From assembly GCA_039820585.1 (NCBI GenBank), contig JBCBPV010000014.1:3811-67810 (forward strand): DNA of 64,000 nucleotides, written 5' to 3'. Numbering within the stretch: the first letter of the stretch is position 1; each line of letters starts with the position of its first letter. The DNA comes from Pseudomonadota bacterium. Lineage in GTDB: Bacteria > Pseudomonadota > Alphaproteobacteria > Rhodobacterales > Rhodobacteraceae. The notes beneath the pieces are model-generated. The model was not told the DNA's origin and did no database searches. It saw nothing but the letters and a program-made list of their open reading frames with translations. This document shows positions 43,518 through 51,665 of this stretch, in pieces. The position numbers and the translations under genes are program-made.

Positions 43518-44449
43518 TGCCCCCGCTCCATCAAAACCCGGATATGCGCCGCGACCGATGCGGCCAAGGCGTTCAGATCATAGCCGCCTTCCAGTGTCGA
43601 GACCACGCGCCCGCCCGCATGGGCCTCTGCCACATCGCAGATCGCTTGGCTGACCCAGGCAAAATCATCCTCGCGCCACAGAAGGTTGGCCAAAGGATCA
43701 TCCGCATGCGCATCGAACCCCGCCGAAATCAGAACCAATTCCGGCGCAAAATCGTCCAAGGCAGGCAAAACCTCATCACTATAGGCCCGCCGCATCTCGG
43801 CCCCGCCAGTCATCGGGGCCAGCGGCACATTCATCACGTTGTCAGTGGCCCCGGTTTCATGCACCGCCCCCGACCCCGGATAAAGCGGCATCTGATGGGA
43901 GGATACGAAAAGCACACGCTCTTCCTCCCACATCAGATCCTGCGTCCCGTTCCCGTGATGCACATCAAAATCCACGATCGCCACACGGGTCAGCCCATGC
44001 ACCTCCATCGCGTATTTCGCCGCAATAGACACCGACCCGAACAGACAAAACCCCATCGCGGTGGCCGTCTCCGCATGGTGCCCCGGCGGACGGCAGGCCA
44101 CAAAGGCATTCGCCACCTCGCCCGCCATCACCGCATCCACCGCCGCGCAATTTGCGCCCACGGCCCGCATCGCGGCCTCATACGATCCCGCCATCACATG
44201 CGTATCGCCATCCAGCGCGGTCCACCCCTCATCCGGGATCGCGTCTGTGACCCGGTCGATATAGTCCTGCGGATGACAGCGCAGAACATCCTCAACCCGG
44301 CCCATCGGGGCCAAACGCCGGTCCAGCGCGTCATACTGCGGCGCGCTGAGCGTATGCTCCACAGCCGCCAGACGCTCCGCCCGCTCCGGGTGTCCCGGGG
44401 GCGTGATATGCCCCTGAAACGCATCATGATGATAAAGCGCCGTCGTCAT
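43514..44449 (-). CDS. Histone deacetylase-family amidohydrolase (AcuC/Aph-like)
   Basis: RPPGHHA, DFDVHHGNGTQ, EGGY motifs. Confidence 0.85.
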   Translation of the reverse strand: MTTALYHHDAFQGHITPPGHPERAERLAAVEHTLSAPQYDALDRRLAPMGRVEDVLRCHPQDYIDRVTDAIPDEGWTALDGDTHVMAGSYEAAMRAVGANCAAVDAVMAGEVANAFVACRPPGHHAETATAMGFCLFGSVSIAAKYAMEVHGLTRVAIVDFDVHHGNGTQDLMWEEERVLFVSSHQMPLYPGSGAVHETGATDNVMNVPLAPMTGGAEMRRAYSDEVLPALDDFAPELVLISAGFDAHADDPLANLLWREDDFAWVSQAICDVAEAHAGGRVVSTLEGGYDLNALAASVAAHIRVLMERGQ

Positions 44450-44479
44450 GCCGCCCGCCAATTCAGTGTCTATTCCGCC

Positions 44480-45193
44480 TCAATCCGGCGCCAGCATATA
44501 ACCCGCGCCCCGCACCGTCTGCAGATAGCGCGGTTGCTTGGGATCGGCCTCCAGCTTCCGCCGCAAACGTGTCACCTGCACATCCACCGCCCGCTCTTGC
44601 GCCTGACCACCATCTTTGCCGCCCGCGCGCCCCAGATCCTCGACCAGCTTGCCCCGCGCCACCGGCTCCCCCGGCGTCGCCGCAAAGATCCGCATCAATT
44701 GGCTTTCGGTCGCGGTCAGCCGCACAGGCGTATCGCCTTCCCACAGCTTGCCCTTCTCGATGTCATAGCGCAGCGGCCCCAGTTGCAGAACCTTTGGCCC
44801 CGCCTCCACCGCCTCTTCCTGCGGCACCCGCCGCAAGATCGCGTTGATCCGCAAGAGCAGCTCGCGCGGCTCAAACGGCTTGGCCAGGTAATCATCCGCC
44901 CCGGCCTCCAGCCCCTTGATCCGGTCCTCGGTATCGCCCTTGGCCGTCAACAACAGGATCGGCGTTGTAATCTCTTCCCGGATGGCGGCGGTAAATGTGA
45001 TCCCGTCTTCGCCCGGCATCATCACATCCAAAACGATCAGATCAAACTCCAACCCGCCCAGCAGCCGCCGCGCATGCGCCGCATCCCGTGCGGCTGAGAC
45101 GAAAAACCCCTGCTTGGCCAGAAACTTCTGCAACAACCCCCTGATACGCTCGTCATCATCGACGATCATCAAATGCGGATCGGCGTCTATCAT
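44480..45193 (-). CDS. petR: OmpR-family response regulator, PetR-like
   Basis: Receiver domain (LMIVDDDERIRGLL...DVMMPGEDG) and winged-helix domain (RYLQTVRGAGYML). Translationally coupled (ATGA) to the upstream MarR gene, the petP-petR arrangement I recall from Rhodobacter capsulatus. The symbol is tentative. Confidence 0.8.
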   Translation of the reverse strand: MIDADPHLMIVDDDERIRGLLQKFLAKQGFFVSAARDAAHARRLLGGLEFDLIVLDVMMPGEDGITFTAAIREEITTPILLLTAKGDTEDRIKGLEAGADDYLAKPFEPRELLLRINAILRRVPQEEAVEAGPKVLQLGPLRYDIEKGKLWEGDTPVRLTATESQLMRIFAATPGEPVARGKLVEDLGRAGGKDGGQAQERAVDVQVTRLRRKLEADPKQPRYLQTVRGAGYMLAPD

Positions 45194-45693
45194 CCCCCGG
45201 TTTCCTTCGCGTCGTCGAAATGTCTGCGCATTTCTGGGTCCATCATCGCCTCCAGCACCTGCCGAAAGCCTGTCACAGCCTCGGGTCCCGCCATCCGGTA
45301 GGCCGCCCGCATCCGCCGCCGCTGCGCCTCGGACAGGGCCTGTTCCAGCGCCATACCAGCTTCGGTCAGGAAAAGATGCCGTTCCCGCTTGTCGCGCGTT
45401 CCCACCCGGCTTTCAACCAGCCCGTCTTCGATGAGCGACCGCAGCACCCGGTTCAGCGACTGTTTGGTGACCCCAAGGATGGCCAACAGGTTGTTCACCG
45501 TGGTCCCCGGCCAGCGATTGATGAAATGCACCGCCCGGTGATGGGCCCGGCCATACCCCTGCTCTTCCAGGATACGATCAGGATCCGCCGTGAACCCGCG
45601 ATAGGCAAAAAACATCGCCTCGATGCCCTTGCGCAACTGCTCATCGGTCAGAAACAGCAAGCTCTCACTGCTCTGTCCGCCACCTTCCGCCAT
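45190..45693 (-). CDS. petP: MarR-family transcriptional regulator, PetP-like
   Basis: Winged HTH VNNLLAILGVTKQSLNRVLRSLIEDGLV...DKRERHLFLTEAG. The symbol is tentative. Confidence 0.75.
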   Translation of the reverse strand: MAEGGGQSSESLLFLTDEQLRKGIEAMFFAYRGFTADPDRILEEQGYGRAHHRAVHFINRWPGTTVNNLLAILGVTKQSLNRVLRSLIEDGLVESRVGTRDKRERHLFLTEAGMALEQALSEAQRRRMRAAYRMAGPEAVTGFRQVLEAMMDPEMRRHFDDAKETGG

Positions 45694-45860
45694 GGCCCGT
45701 ATCCTCCCTCGCTAAGGGGTATTTTATGTCAGCGTTGTTGACATTCCAAGAATCAATTGCTAGCGGTCGCGCAGAATTTGCGCAACAAATGTCCGCATCG
45801 GACTTACTTGACGCAACAAATGGAAATATCACCCCCATCGGGGTTTGGAGGAGTTGCGCA

Positions 45861-46730
45861 ATGGCCGGTGCTTACGACGATCGTGACGGCGTGATCTGGA
45901 TGGATGGCAAACTGGTGCAATGGCGCGATGCCAACGTGCACATCCTGACCCACGGCATGCACTACGCCTCATCGGTGTTCGAGGGCGAGCGTGCGTATGG
46001 CGGCACCATTTTTGAAAGCCGCAAACATTCCGAACGCCTGCACGCCTCCGCCGGCATGATCGATTTTGAGATCCCCTGGACCGTCGATGAAATCGAGGCC
46101 GCCAAATACGAAGTGCTGAAGGCCAGCGGGCTCGAAGACGCCTACGTCCGCGCCGTCGCCTGGCGCGGCGCTGGCGAAGACATGGGCGTCGCCGCCGCCC
46201 GCAACCCCGTCCGCCTGGCCATCGCCGCGTGGGAATGGGGGGCCTATTATGGCGATAGCAAATTCAAGGGCGCCAAACTCGACATCTCCAAATGGAAACG
46301 CCCCTCGCCCGAGACAATCCCAAGCCACGCCAAGGCCGCTGGCCTCTACATGATCTGCACCATGTCCAAACACGCGGCCGAGGCAAAAGGCTGCGCCGAC
46401 GCCATGATGTTCGACTACCGCGGCTACGTGGCCGAGGCGACGGGGGCCAACATCTTCTTTGTGAAAGACGGCGAGGTCCACACGCCCGAGCCCGATTGCT
46501 TCCTCAACGGCATCACCCGCCAAACGGTGATCGGCATGCTCGAAGACCGCCAGATCAAGGTCCACGCCCGCCACATCATGCCGGAGGAACTGGAAGGGTT
46601 TGAGCAATGCTGGCTGACCGGAACGGCGGCCGAGGTCACGCCCGTGGGCCAGATCGGGGATTGGACCTTTGAGGTCGGGGCGCTGACGCGGGAGATTGCG
46701 GAGGGGTATGAGAAGCTGGTGCGGAGTTAG
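45861..46730 (+). CDS. ilvE: Branched-chain amino acid aminotransferase
   Basis: IWMDGKLVQWRDANVHILTHGMHYASSVFEGERAY...GLYMIC. GGAGGAG SD before the ATG at 45861. Confidence 0.92.
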   Translation: MAGAYDDRDGVIWMDGKLVQWRDANVHILTHGMHYASSVFEGERAYGGTIFESRKHSERLHASAGMIDFEIPWTVDEIEAAKYEVLKASGLEDAYVRAVAWRGAGEDMGVAAARNPVRLAIAAWEWGAYYGDSKFKGAKLDISKWKRPSPETIPSHAKAAGLYMICTMSKHAAEAKGCADAMMFDYRGYVAEATGANIFFVKDGEVHTPEPDCFLNGITRQTVIGMLEDRQIKVHARHIMPEELEGFEQCWLTGTAAEVTPVGQIGDWTFEVGALTREIAEGYEKLVRS

Positions 46731-46745
46731 CGGCTGCCGACAAGA

Positions 46746-47243
46746 TCAGCGCTCAAGCCTTGTAACATGCAATGCGAAACCAATCCGTAGTTCTTCGGGC
46801 AATGACCAGAAGTCACGGAGGAGCGTCTCGATCTTTTGAACGTCGTTTCTAATCACCGAGTTTTCGTGTGTCGATAGTGGATTGTAGTCCGCTTCCTCTC
46901 GTTTGTTCTTTAGGTCGACAAATGCCTGGGCAATCCTTCTTACTTCCTTAGGGTACTGCGAACTGCCACCCAGCTTGCGTGCGCGTTGCTCCATTTTTCC
47001 GTGGTCAGGATATCGATAGATTGCGACATAGATGCGTGTGAACGCTTTGGACAGCTTGGCAGCATGAAGCGGTTCGACTAGCGCCGCGCAGATTGCGTGA
47101 AAAACCGCGTAGTAGAGGTCGCTTTGCGCCCGCCTAAGGTCGCACTCGGTGATTTCCGAGACGTTTGTCGAAAGACGTTTCTTTGCGCAGTCTAAAAGTT
47201 CGTCACTCAGCTGCTTCAAGTCTTTCAGCTTCCTTCGATGCAA
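46746..47243 (-). CDS. HEPN/UPF0332-like domain protein (putative toxin-like partner); start codon uncertain (non-ATG)
   Basis: RRAQSDLYYAVFHAICAAL resembles the sRaYYAmFHAa.ALL helix of UPF0332/COG1895 HEPN proteins. LKNKREEADYNPLSTHENSVIRNDVQKIETLLRDF resembles their l..R..sDY....s.eeA...i..a..F segment. Lies in a low-GC islet and overlaps the upstream small gene. Confidence 0.55.
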   Translation of the reverse strand: MHRRKLKDLKQLSDELLDCAKKRLSTNVSEITECDLRRAQSDLYYAVFHAICAALVEPLHAAKLSKAFTRIYVAIYRYPDHGKMEQRARKLGGSSQYPKEVRRIAQAFVDLKNKREEADYNPLSTHENSVIRNDVQKIETLLRDFWSLPEELRIGFALHVTRLER

Positions 47244-47478
47244 AGCTCACTACGGGAGAAAGCTCGTCGCCCGCCGCACTCCAAACCACGTCAACAACGT
47301 CCTGCATTTTCTCCGCATCAAGCGGAACAGAGGCGCCGTTGTACTCAATGTCCACCCAAACCACGTCAATTCCGTCGGAGTTCCGAGCATGATTCACTGA
47401 CACACTCACTAAACGGGCATCCGGAAATTCTTTCGAGAATGATTCAGCGACTGCTTCTTTCACTTCGGTTAAGTTCAT
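47203..47478 (-). CDS. Acidic 91-aa protein with a degenerate minimal-nucleotidyltransferase-like motif (putative antitoxin-like partner)
   Basis: Perfect SD GAGGAGG 6 nt upstream of the ATG at 47478. SVSVNHARNSDGIDVVWVDIEY can be aligned to the MNT core LFGSyARGe..dSDIDllVef but lacks the G-S. By hand count, about 19 acidic versus 7 basic residues. Confidence 0.55.
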   Translation of the reverse strand: MNLTEVKEAVAESFSKEFPDARLVSVSVNHARNSDGIDVVWVDIEYNGASVPLDAEKMQDVVDVVWSAAGDELSPVVSFASKEAERLEAAE

Positions 47479-47582
47479 TCGGTACCTCCTCTTCAATAGT
47501 GTATCATATAATCAAATAATTTCAATAAGTTATGTATCTTCTAACCGACTCAAAAGACTCAACTTTTTCCGCACCCCGTCTC

Positions 47583-48515
47583 TCACTGCATCCCCTTCGC
47601 CCGCACCTTCGCCTCCGCTGCCCGCTTCAACCCCAGCTGCCGCTCGCGCAGGAAAATCGCCACCCCCGCCCCAATGATCAGCGTTGCCCCCGCCAGCATC
47701 TGCACCGTCGGCACCTCGGCAAAGACGAACCACCCGATCAAAATGGCCGAGATCATCGACGTATAGGTGAACGGCGCCAAAGACCCGGCTTCGGCAAACC
47801 GGTAGGAATGCGTCAACAACAGCTGCCCGCACACCCCGATCAGCCCGGCCCCCACCAGAAACACCCACTCCCATCCCACCGGCCACACCCAGCCGAACGG
47901 CACCGTCACCAACGCCGCCGTGCTCGCCGTGACCGAGAAATAGAACACGATCGCCGCGGGGTGCTCTGTCCCCGTCATCCGCTTGACGAAGATCTGCGCA
48001 AACGCCGCACAGGTGGCGGACGCCAGAACCAAAGCCGCCCCGATCAGCTCCGCCGATGATCCCTCGACCGACAGCCGCGGCGACAAGATCACCAGCACCC
48101 CGAACAACCCCACCGCAACAGCCGTGATCCGGATCACCCGGATCCGCTCCCCCAGCATCAGCGCTGCAAACACAACAATCAGGATCGGTGTCACGAACCG
48201 CAACGCCGTCACCTCGGGCAGGGGCAGAAACTTCAGCCCCGCAAACCCCAACCCCATCGCCGTCGTCCCCACGATCCCACGCGTGGCATGCCCGCGCCAG
48301 TTCGCTGTGCGCAGGGCATGGCTGATCTGCCCCTGCCACCCGTACCAGATCAGCAATAGGGGTATCGCCGCGAACGCCCGGAAAAACACCGCCTGCCCGG
48401 TGGGAATACGGTCCGCCGCCTTGATGAAACTCGTCATCACCGTGAACAGCGTGACCGCAAGGATCATCAGCAAAATGCCACGGACCGGACTGACAGGCGG
48501 GGTGTCGGAGGACAT
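47583..48515 (-). CDS. DMT superfamily (EamA/RhaT-like) transporter
   Basis: 310 aa with 10 TM helices and the duplicated EamA pattern. Confidence 0.85.
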   Translation of the reverse strand: MSSDTPPVSPVRGILLMILAVTLFTVMTSFIKAADRIPTGQAVFFRAFAAIPLLLIWYGWQGQISHALRTANWRGHATRGIVGTTAMGLGFAGLKFLPLPEVTALRFVTPILIVVFAALMLGERIRVIRITAVAVGLFGVLVILSPRLSVEGSSAELIGAALVLASATCAAFAQIFVKRMTGTEHPAAIVFYFSVTASTAALVTVPFGWVWPVGWEWVFLVGAGLIGVCGQLLLTHSYRFAEAGSLAPFTYTSMISAILIGWFVFAEVPTVQMLAGATLIIGAGVAIFLRERQLGLKRAAEAKVRAKGMQ

Positions 48516-48552
48516 AGACGCGCCCTAGCGCATCCTGCCCCCCGCGAAAAGA

Positions 48553-48738
48553 TCAGTTCGCCAACCGTGTCATCTGCAAATACCGCCGCAATCGCGCGGC
48601 GTTGTTCAGGGGCCGCGGCACCCGCCGCATCGCCTGAAACCGCGGCCCTGCCACGGCTTGCATCCGTTCAACACGCAAAAACTGGGAAAGGGACTGTCCG
48701 GCCCGGTGCCGGGGGCGATCTACGATATGTCGTGCCAT
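48553..48738 (-). CDS. Small basic hypothetical protein (61 aa)
   Basis: GGGAGG SD 6 nt upstream of the ATG at 48738. MARHIVDRPRHRAGQSLSQFLRVERMQAV...RLRRYLQMTRLAN is Arg-rich. The rest of track ORF 48553..49089 is antisense to queG. Confidence 0.45.
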   Translation of the reverse strand: MARHIVDRPRHRAGQSLSQFLRVERMQAVAGPRFQAMRRVPRPLNNAARLRRYLQMTRLAN

Positions 48739-48769
48739 CTGTTTCCTCCCTGAATGTGACCCTATCCTA

Positions 48770-49801
48770 TCACAAATCGAGCAATCGGCCCACCGCCCAG
48801 CGCGCAGCATCGGCAACCGCTTGCTCAGGATCGTCGACCAAAGCGGCGGCCACCGCCGCCAAAGACCGATCCCCGGAATTCCCGATTGCGTACAAAACAT
48901 TGCGCACAAACCGATCCCGCCCGATCCGCTTGATCGGACTGCCCGAAAATTTCGCCCGGAACCCCGCATCGTCCAACGCGGCCAGTTCCGCCAAAGGCGG
49001 CGCCACCAGATCCCCCCGCGCCGCATACCGCGTCTCGGTCGCGGCCACCGCAAACTTGTTCCACGGGCACACCGCCAGGCAATCGTCACAGCCGTAAATC
49101 CGGTTGCCCATCAGCGCCCGCAGGTCTTCGTCCACCGGCCCCCTATGCTCAATCGTCAAATAGGAAATGCACCGCCGCGCATCCAGCTCATAAGGTGCGG
49201 GAAACGCGTCTGTCGGGCACACATCCAAACACGCCCGACACGACCCGCAATGATCAATTTCCGCCCGATCAGGGTCGATTTCCAGCGTCGTGAACACCGA
49301 TCCCAGAAAAAACCAGTTCCCCAACTCCCGGCTCAGCAAATTCGTATGCTTCCCCTGCCACCCCAATCCCGCGGCCTGCGCCAACGGCTTCTCCGCCACG
49401 GGTGCGGTATCCACAAACACCTTCACCTCTCCGCCCGCCTCGGCAATCAGCCACCGCGCCAGCCGCTTCAGCCGCTTCTTGACCAGATCATGGTAATCCC
49501 GCTGCCGGGCATACACCGATATCGTCGCCCGATCCCGCGCCTCCAACGCCGCCAGCGGATCCTCCTCAGGCGTATAAACCTCCGCCAACATGATCACCGA
49601 CCGCACCTCGGGCCACAGCACACGCGGGTCTCCGCGCCAGGCCGCCCGATCCGCCAACCACCCCATCTGCCCGTGCCGCCCGGCCTCCAGAAACGCCGCC
49701 AACCGCCCCGGCACTTCTGGAATGGCATCCGGCGCACACACCCGGGCCGCCGCAAACCCCTCTTCCAGGGCCCGCGCCACCAACCGCGCTTTCAGGTCCA
49801 T
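48770..49801 (-). CDS. queG: tRNA epoxyqueuosine(34) reductase
   Basis: Two 4Fe-4S motifs ([23 protein letters not shown]) and C-terminal HEAT-like repeats. Confidence 0.9.
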   Translation of the reverse strand: MDLKARLVARALEEGFAAARVCAPDAIPEVPGRLAAFLEAGRHGQMGWLADRAAWRGDPRVLWPEVRSVIMLAEVYTPEEDPLAALEARDRATISVYARQRDYHDLVKKRLKRLARWLIAEAGGEVKVFVDTAPVAEKPLAQAAGLGWQGKHTNLLSRELGNWFFLGSVFTTLEIDPDRAEIDHCGSCRACLDVCPTDAFPAPYELDARRCISYLTIEHRGPVDEDLRALMGNRIYGCDDCLAVCPWNKFAVAATETRYAARGDLVAPPLAELAALDDAGFRAKFSGSPIKRIGRDRFVRNVLYAIGNSGDRSLAAVAAALVDDPEQAVADAARWAVGRLLDL

Positions 49802-49867
49802 GATCTTTGGTCGTCAAATATCCCGGGGGCGGGGCGGGCGCATGTCCGCACCGGGGGCAGAGCCCCC

Positions 49868-50533
49868 TCAGAAATCCAGATCGGCATAATGCGCCGGCGG
49901 CGGAAAACCCGGAACGTGATCCGCCAACAACCCGCGAAATGCAGGCCGCGATTTGATCTTGGCATACCACTCATGCACATTGCTCGACCGGGTCCAATCC
50001 ACGTCTGAAATATAGTCTAAAGCAGAGAAATGCGCGGCCGCCGCGAAATCCGCCATGGTCATCGCATCGCCCGCCAGCCACCGCCGCTGATCCAACAGCC
50101 ACGACATGTAATCAAGGTGGAACTTGATCGCCTTCGCCCCGGCCTTCACATTCGTGGAATCCGGATAGCCCGCCTTCATGATCTTCTTGTTCACCCGCTC
50201 GTACAGCAGCTTTGAGGTCACCTCCTGGTGGAATTTGTCGTCAAACCACGCCACCAACCGCCGCACCTCGAAACGCGCTTCGCGGTCGCGGGGATACAGC
50301 TGCGGATCGGGATAGGTCTCTTCGATATACTCACAAATCGGGGTGCTCTCGGCCAGCGTCAGGCCGTCGATCTTCAGCACAGGCACCTTGCCAGCAGGGT
50401 TCCGACGCAGGAAATCGGTATCGGCCTCCCAATACCGCTCTTCCACCAGCTCCACTTCGATCTTCTTCTCCGCCAGGCACAGGCGCACCTTGCGGCAGAA
50501 CGGCGAGAGCGGGACATGGTAGAGGCGATGCAT
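49868..50533 (-). CDS. Glutathione S-transferase
   Basis: LYHVPLSPFCRKVRLCL...GKVPVLKIDG...ESTPICEYI. Confidence 0.85.
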   Translation of the reverse strand: MHRLYHVPLSPFCRKVRLCLAEKKIEVELVEERYWEADTDFLRRNPAGKVPVLKIDGLTLAESTPICEYIEETYPDPQLYPRDREARFEVRRLVAWFDDKFHQEVTSKLLYERVNKKIMKAGYPDSTNVKAGAKAIKFHLDYMSWLLDQRRWLAGDAMTMADFAAAAHFSALDYISDVDWTRSSNVHEWYAKIKSRPAFRGLLADHVPGFPPPAHYADLDF

Positions 50534-50602
50534 AAATAGGCGACCCTAGCGGACTTTGCCCTCAATGCCGCGAATTGCGCCCATGTTCAACAGGGCAGGG
50601 GG

Positions 50603-51577
50603 CTACTCGGCAATTGTCACATCAACGCTGATCGGCACCGGCACCTGTGCCTCGCCTTCGGCATTCAGGTCCGTAAAGATGTAGCTCAGCGTGTATTCCC
50701 CGGGGTCTTTCAGATCGATCCCGCCCCGAAACCAGTTCCGGAAATAGGTCGCATCCACCGGCACCCGGTGGGACACCGTGCCCTCATAGGTGCGCAAATC
50801 GTCGATCCGCATGACCTCTCCGGTGGCTTTGTCCGTCACTTCCAGGTCCAGCCGCACCTTGAACGTGGCCCCCGGCGCCCCGGCCCCGGCCTTGCGCACA
50901 TAATCGAACGTGGTCTGAAACAGGATCTGCTCTCCGGGCTTAAACGTCCGACTTTCGCGGATCTTGCGCTGTTCTGGGTCATCCAGATCGATGAACTTCC
51001 ATCCCATCGAATACATCGCAGGCATCGCCGCCTGCGCGACGAGGGCGGTCTCATCCACCGCCGTCCCGCTGCCATCCCGCTCATAAAGCGTGTCTAACAC
51101 GGCGGTATAGCACGCTTCCCGCCCCGCAGGCGCTGTATAGACGAAGGTGTAGGGGGTATAGTCATTCGCCGCCATCGGCGTCTGCATCGCTCGGCACAGC
51201 GGCGCATCCACCAGGATCATCGCGTCCTTGAACGTCGCGTCCTGCCCCCGTGCTGCATCGAAATTCGCAAACGCTTGCGCGAACGCGTCCTCGGCCAGAT
51301 CCAGTTCGACGGTCGTCAGCACCACCACCGTCTCGGGCTCGGCCCCCGCCGCCGACTGAACCGCCGCCTTGATCCGGTCCGGCCCCGTTTCCGGCGACGC
51401 GACAACAGTGATCCCGTCGCGATACCGGGCCGCGATCAGCCGCATCCACAACGCGCCATCAAAGCTTTGCCCCGGCCCATTGTTCCACAAAACAAAGTTG
51501 ATCGGCCCGTCGGCCTTCGCAGCACCCGCCGTGGCGATCAAACCCGCCAGCGCAACGCCTGTGAAGTGTCTCAGCAT
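50603..51577 (-). CDS. Secreted protein of unknown function (324 aa)
   Basis: Signal peptide MLRHFTGVALAGLIATAGAAKA. High GC3. The C-terminal third looks beta-rich. No recognisable family motif. Confidence 0.65.
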   Translation of the reverse strand: MLRHFTGVALAGLIATAGAAKADGPINFVLWNNGPGQSFDGALWMRLIAARYRDGITVVASPETGPDRIKAAVQSAAGAEPETVVVLTTVELDLAEDAFAQAFANFDAARGQDATFKDAMILVDAPLCRAMQTPMAANDYTPYTFVYTAPAGREACYTAVLDTLYERDGSGTAVDETALVAQAAMPAMYSMGWKFIDLDDPEQRKIRESRTFKPGEQILFQTTFDYVRKAGAGAPGATFKVRLDLEVTDKATGEVMRIDDLRTYEGTVSHRVPVDATYFRNWFRGGIDLKDPGEYTLSYIFTDLNAEGEAQVPVPISVDVTIAE

Positions 51578-51665
51578 GGCTCACATACCCCGTGCAATCG
51601 CTACCCCCGGTACACAGCCTACCGCTTTCCCGCGATTCCACAAAGCGCCCCGCCAAAACAGGCGA

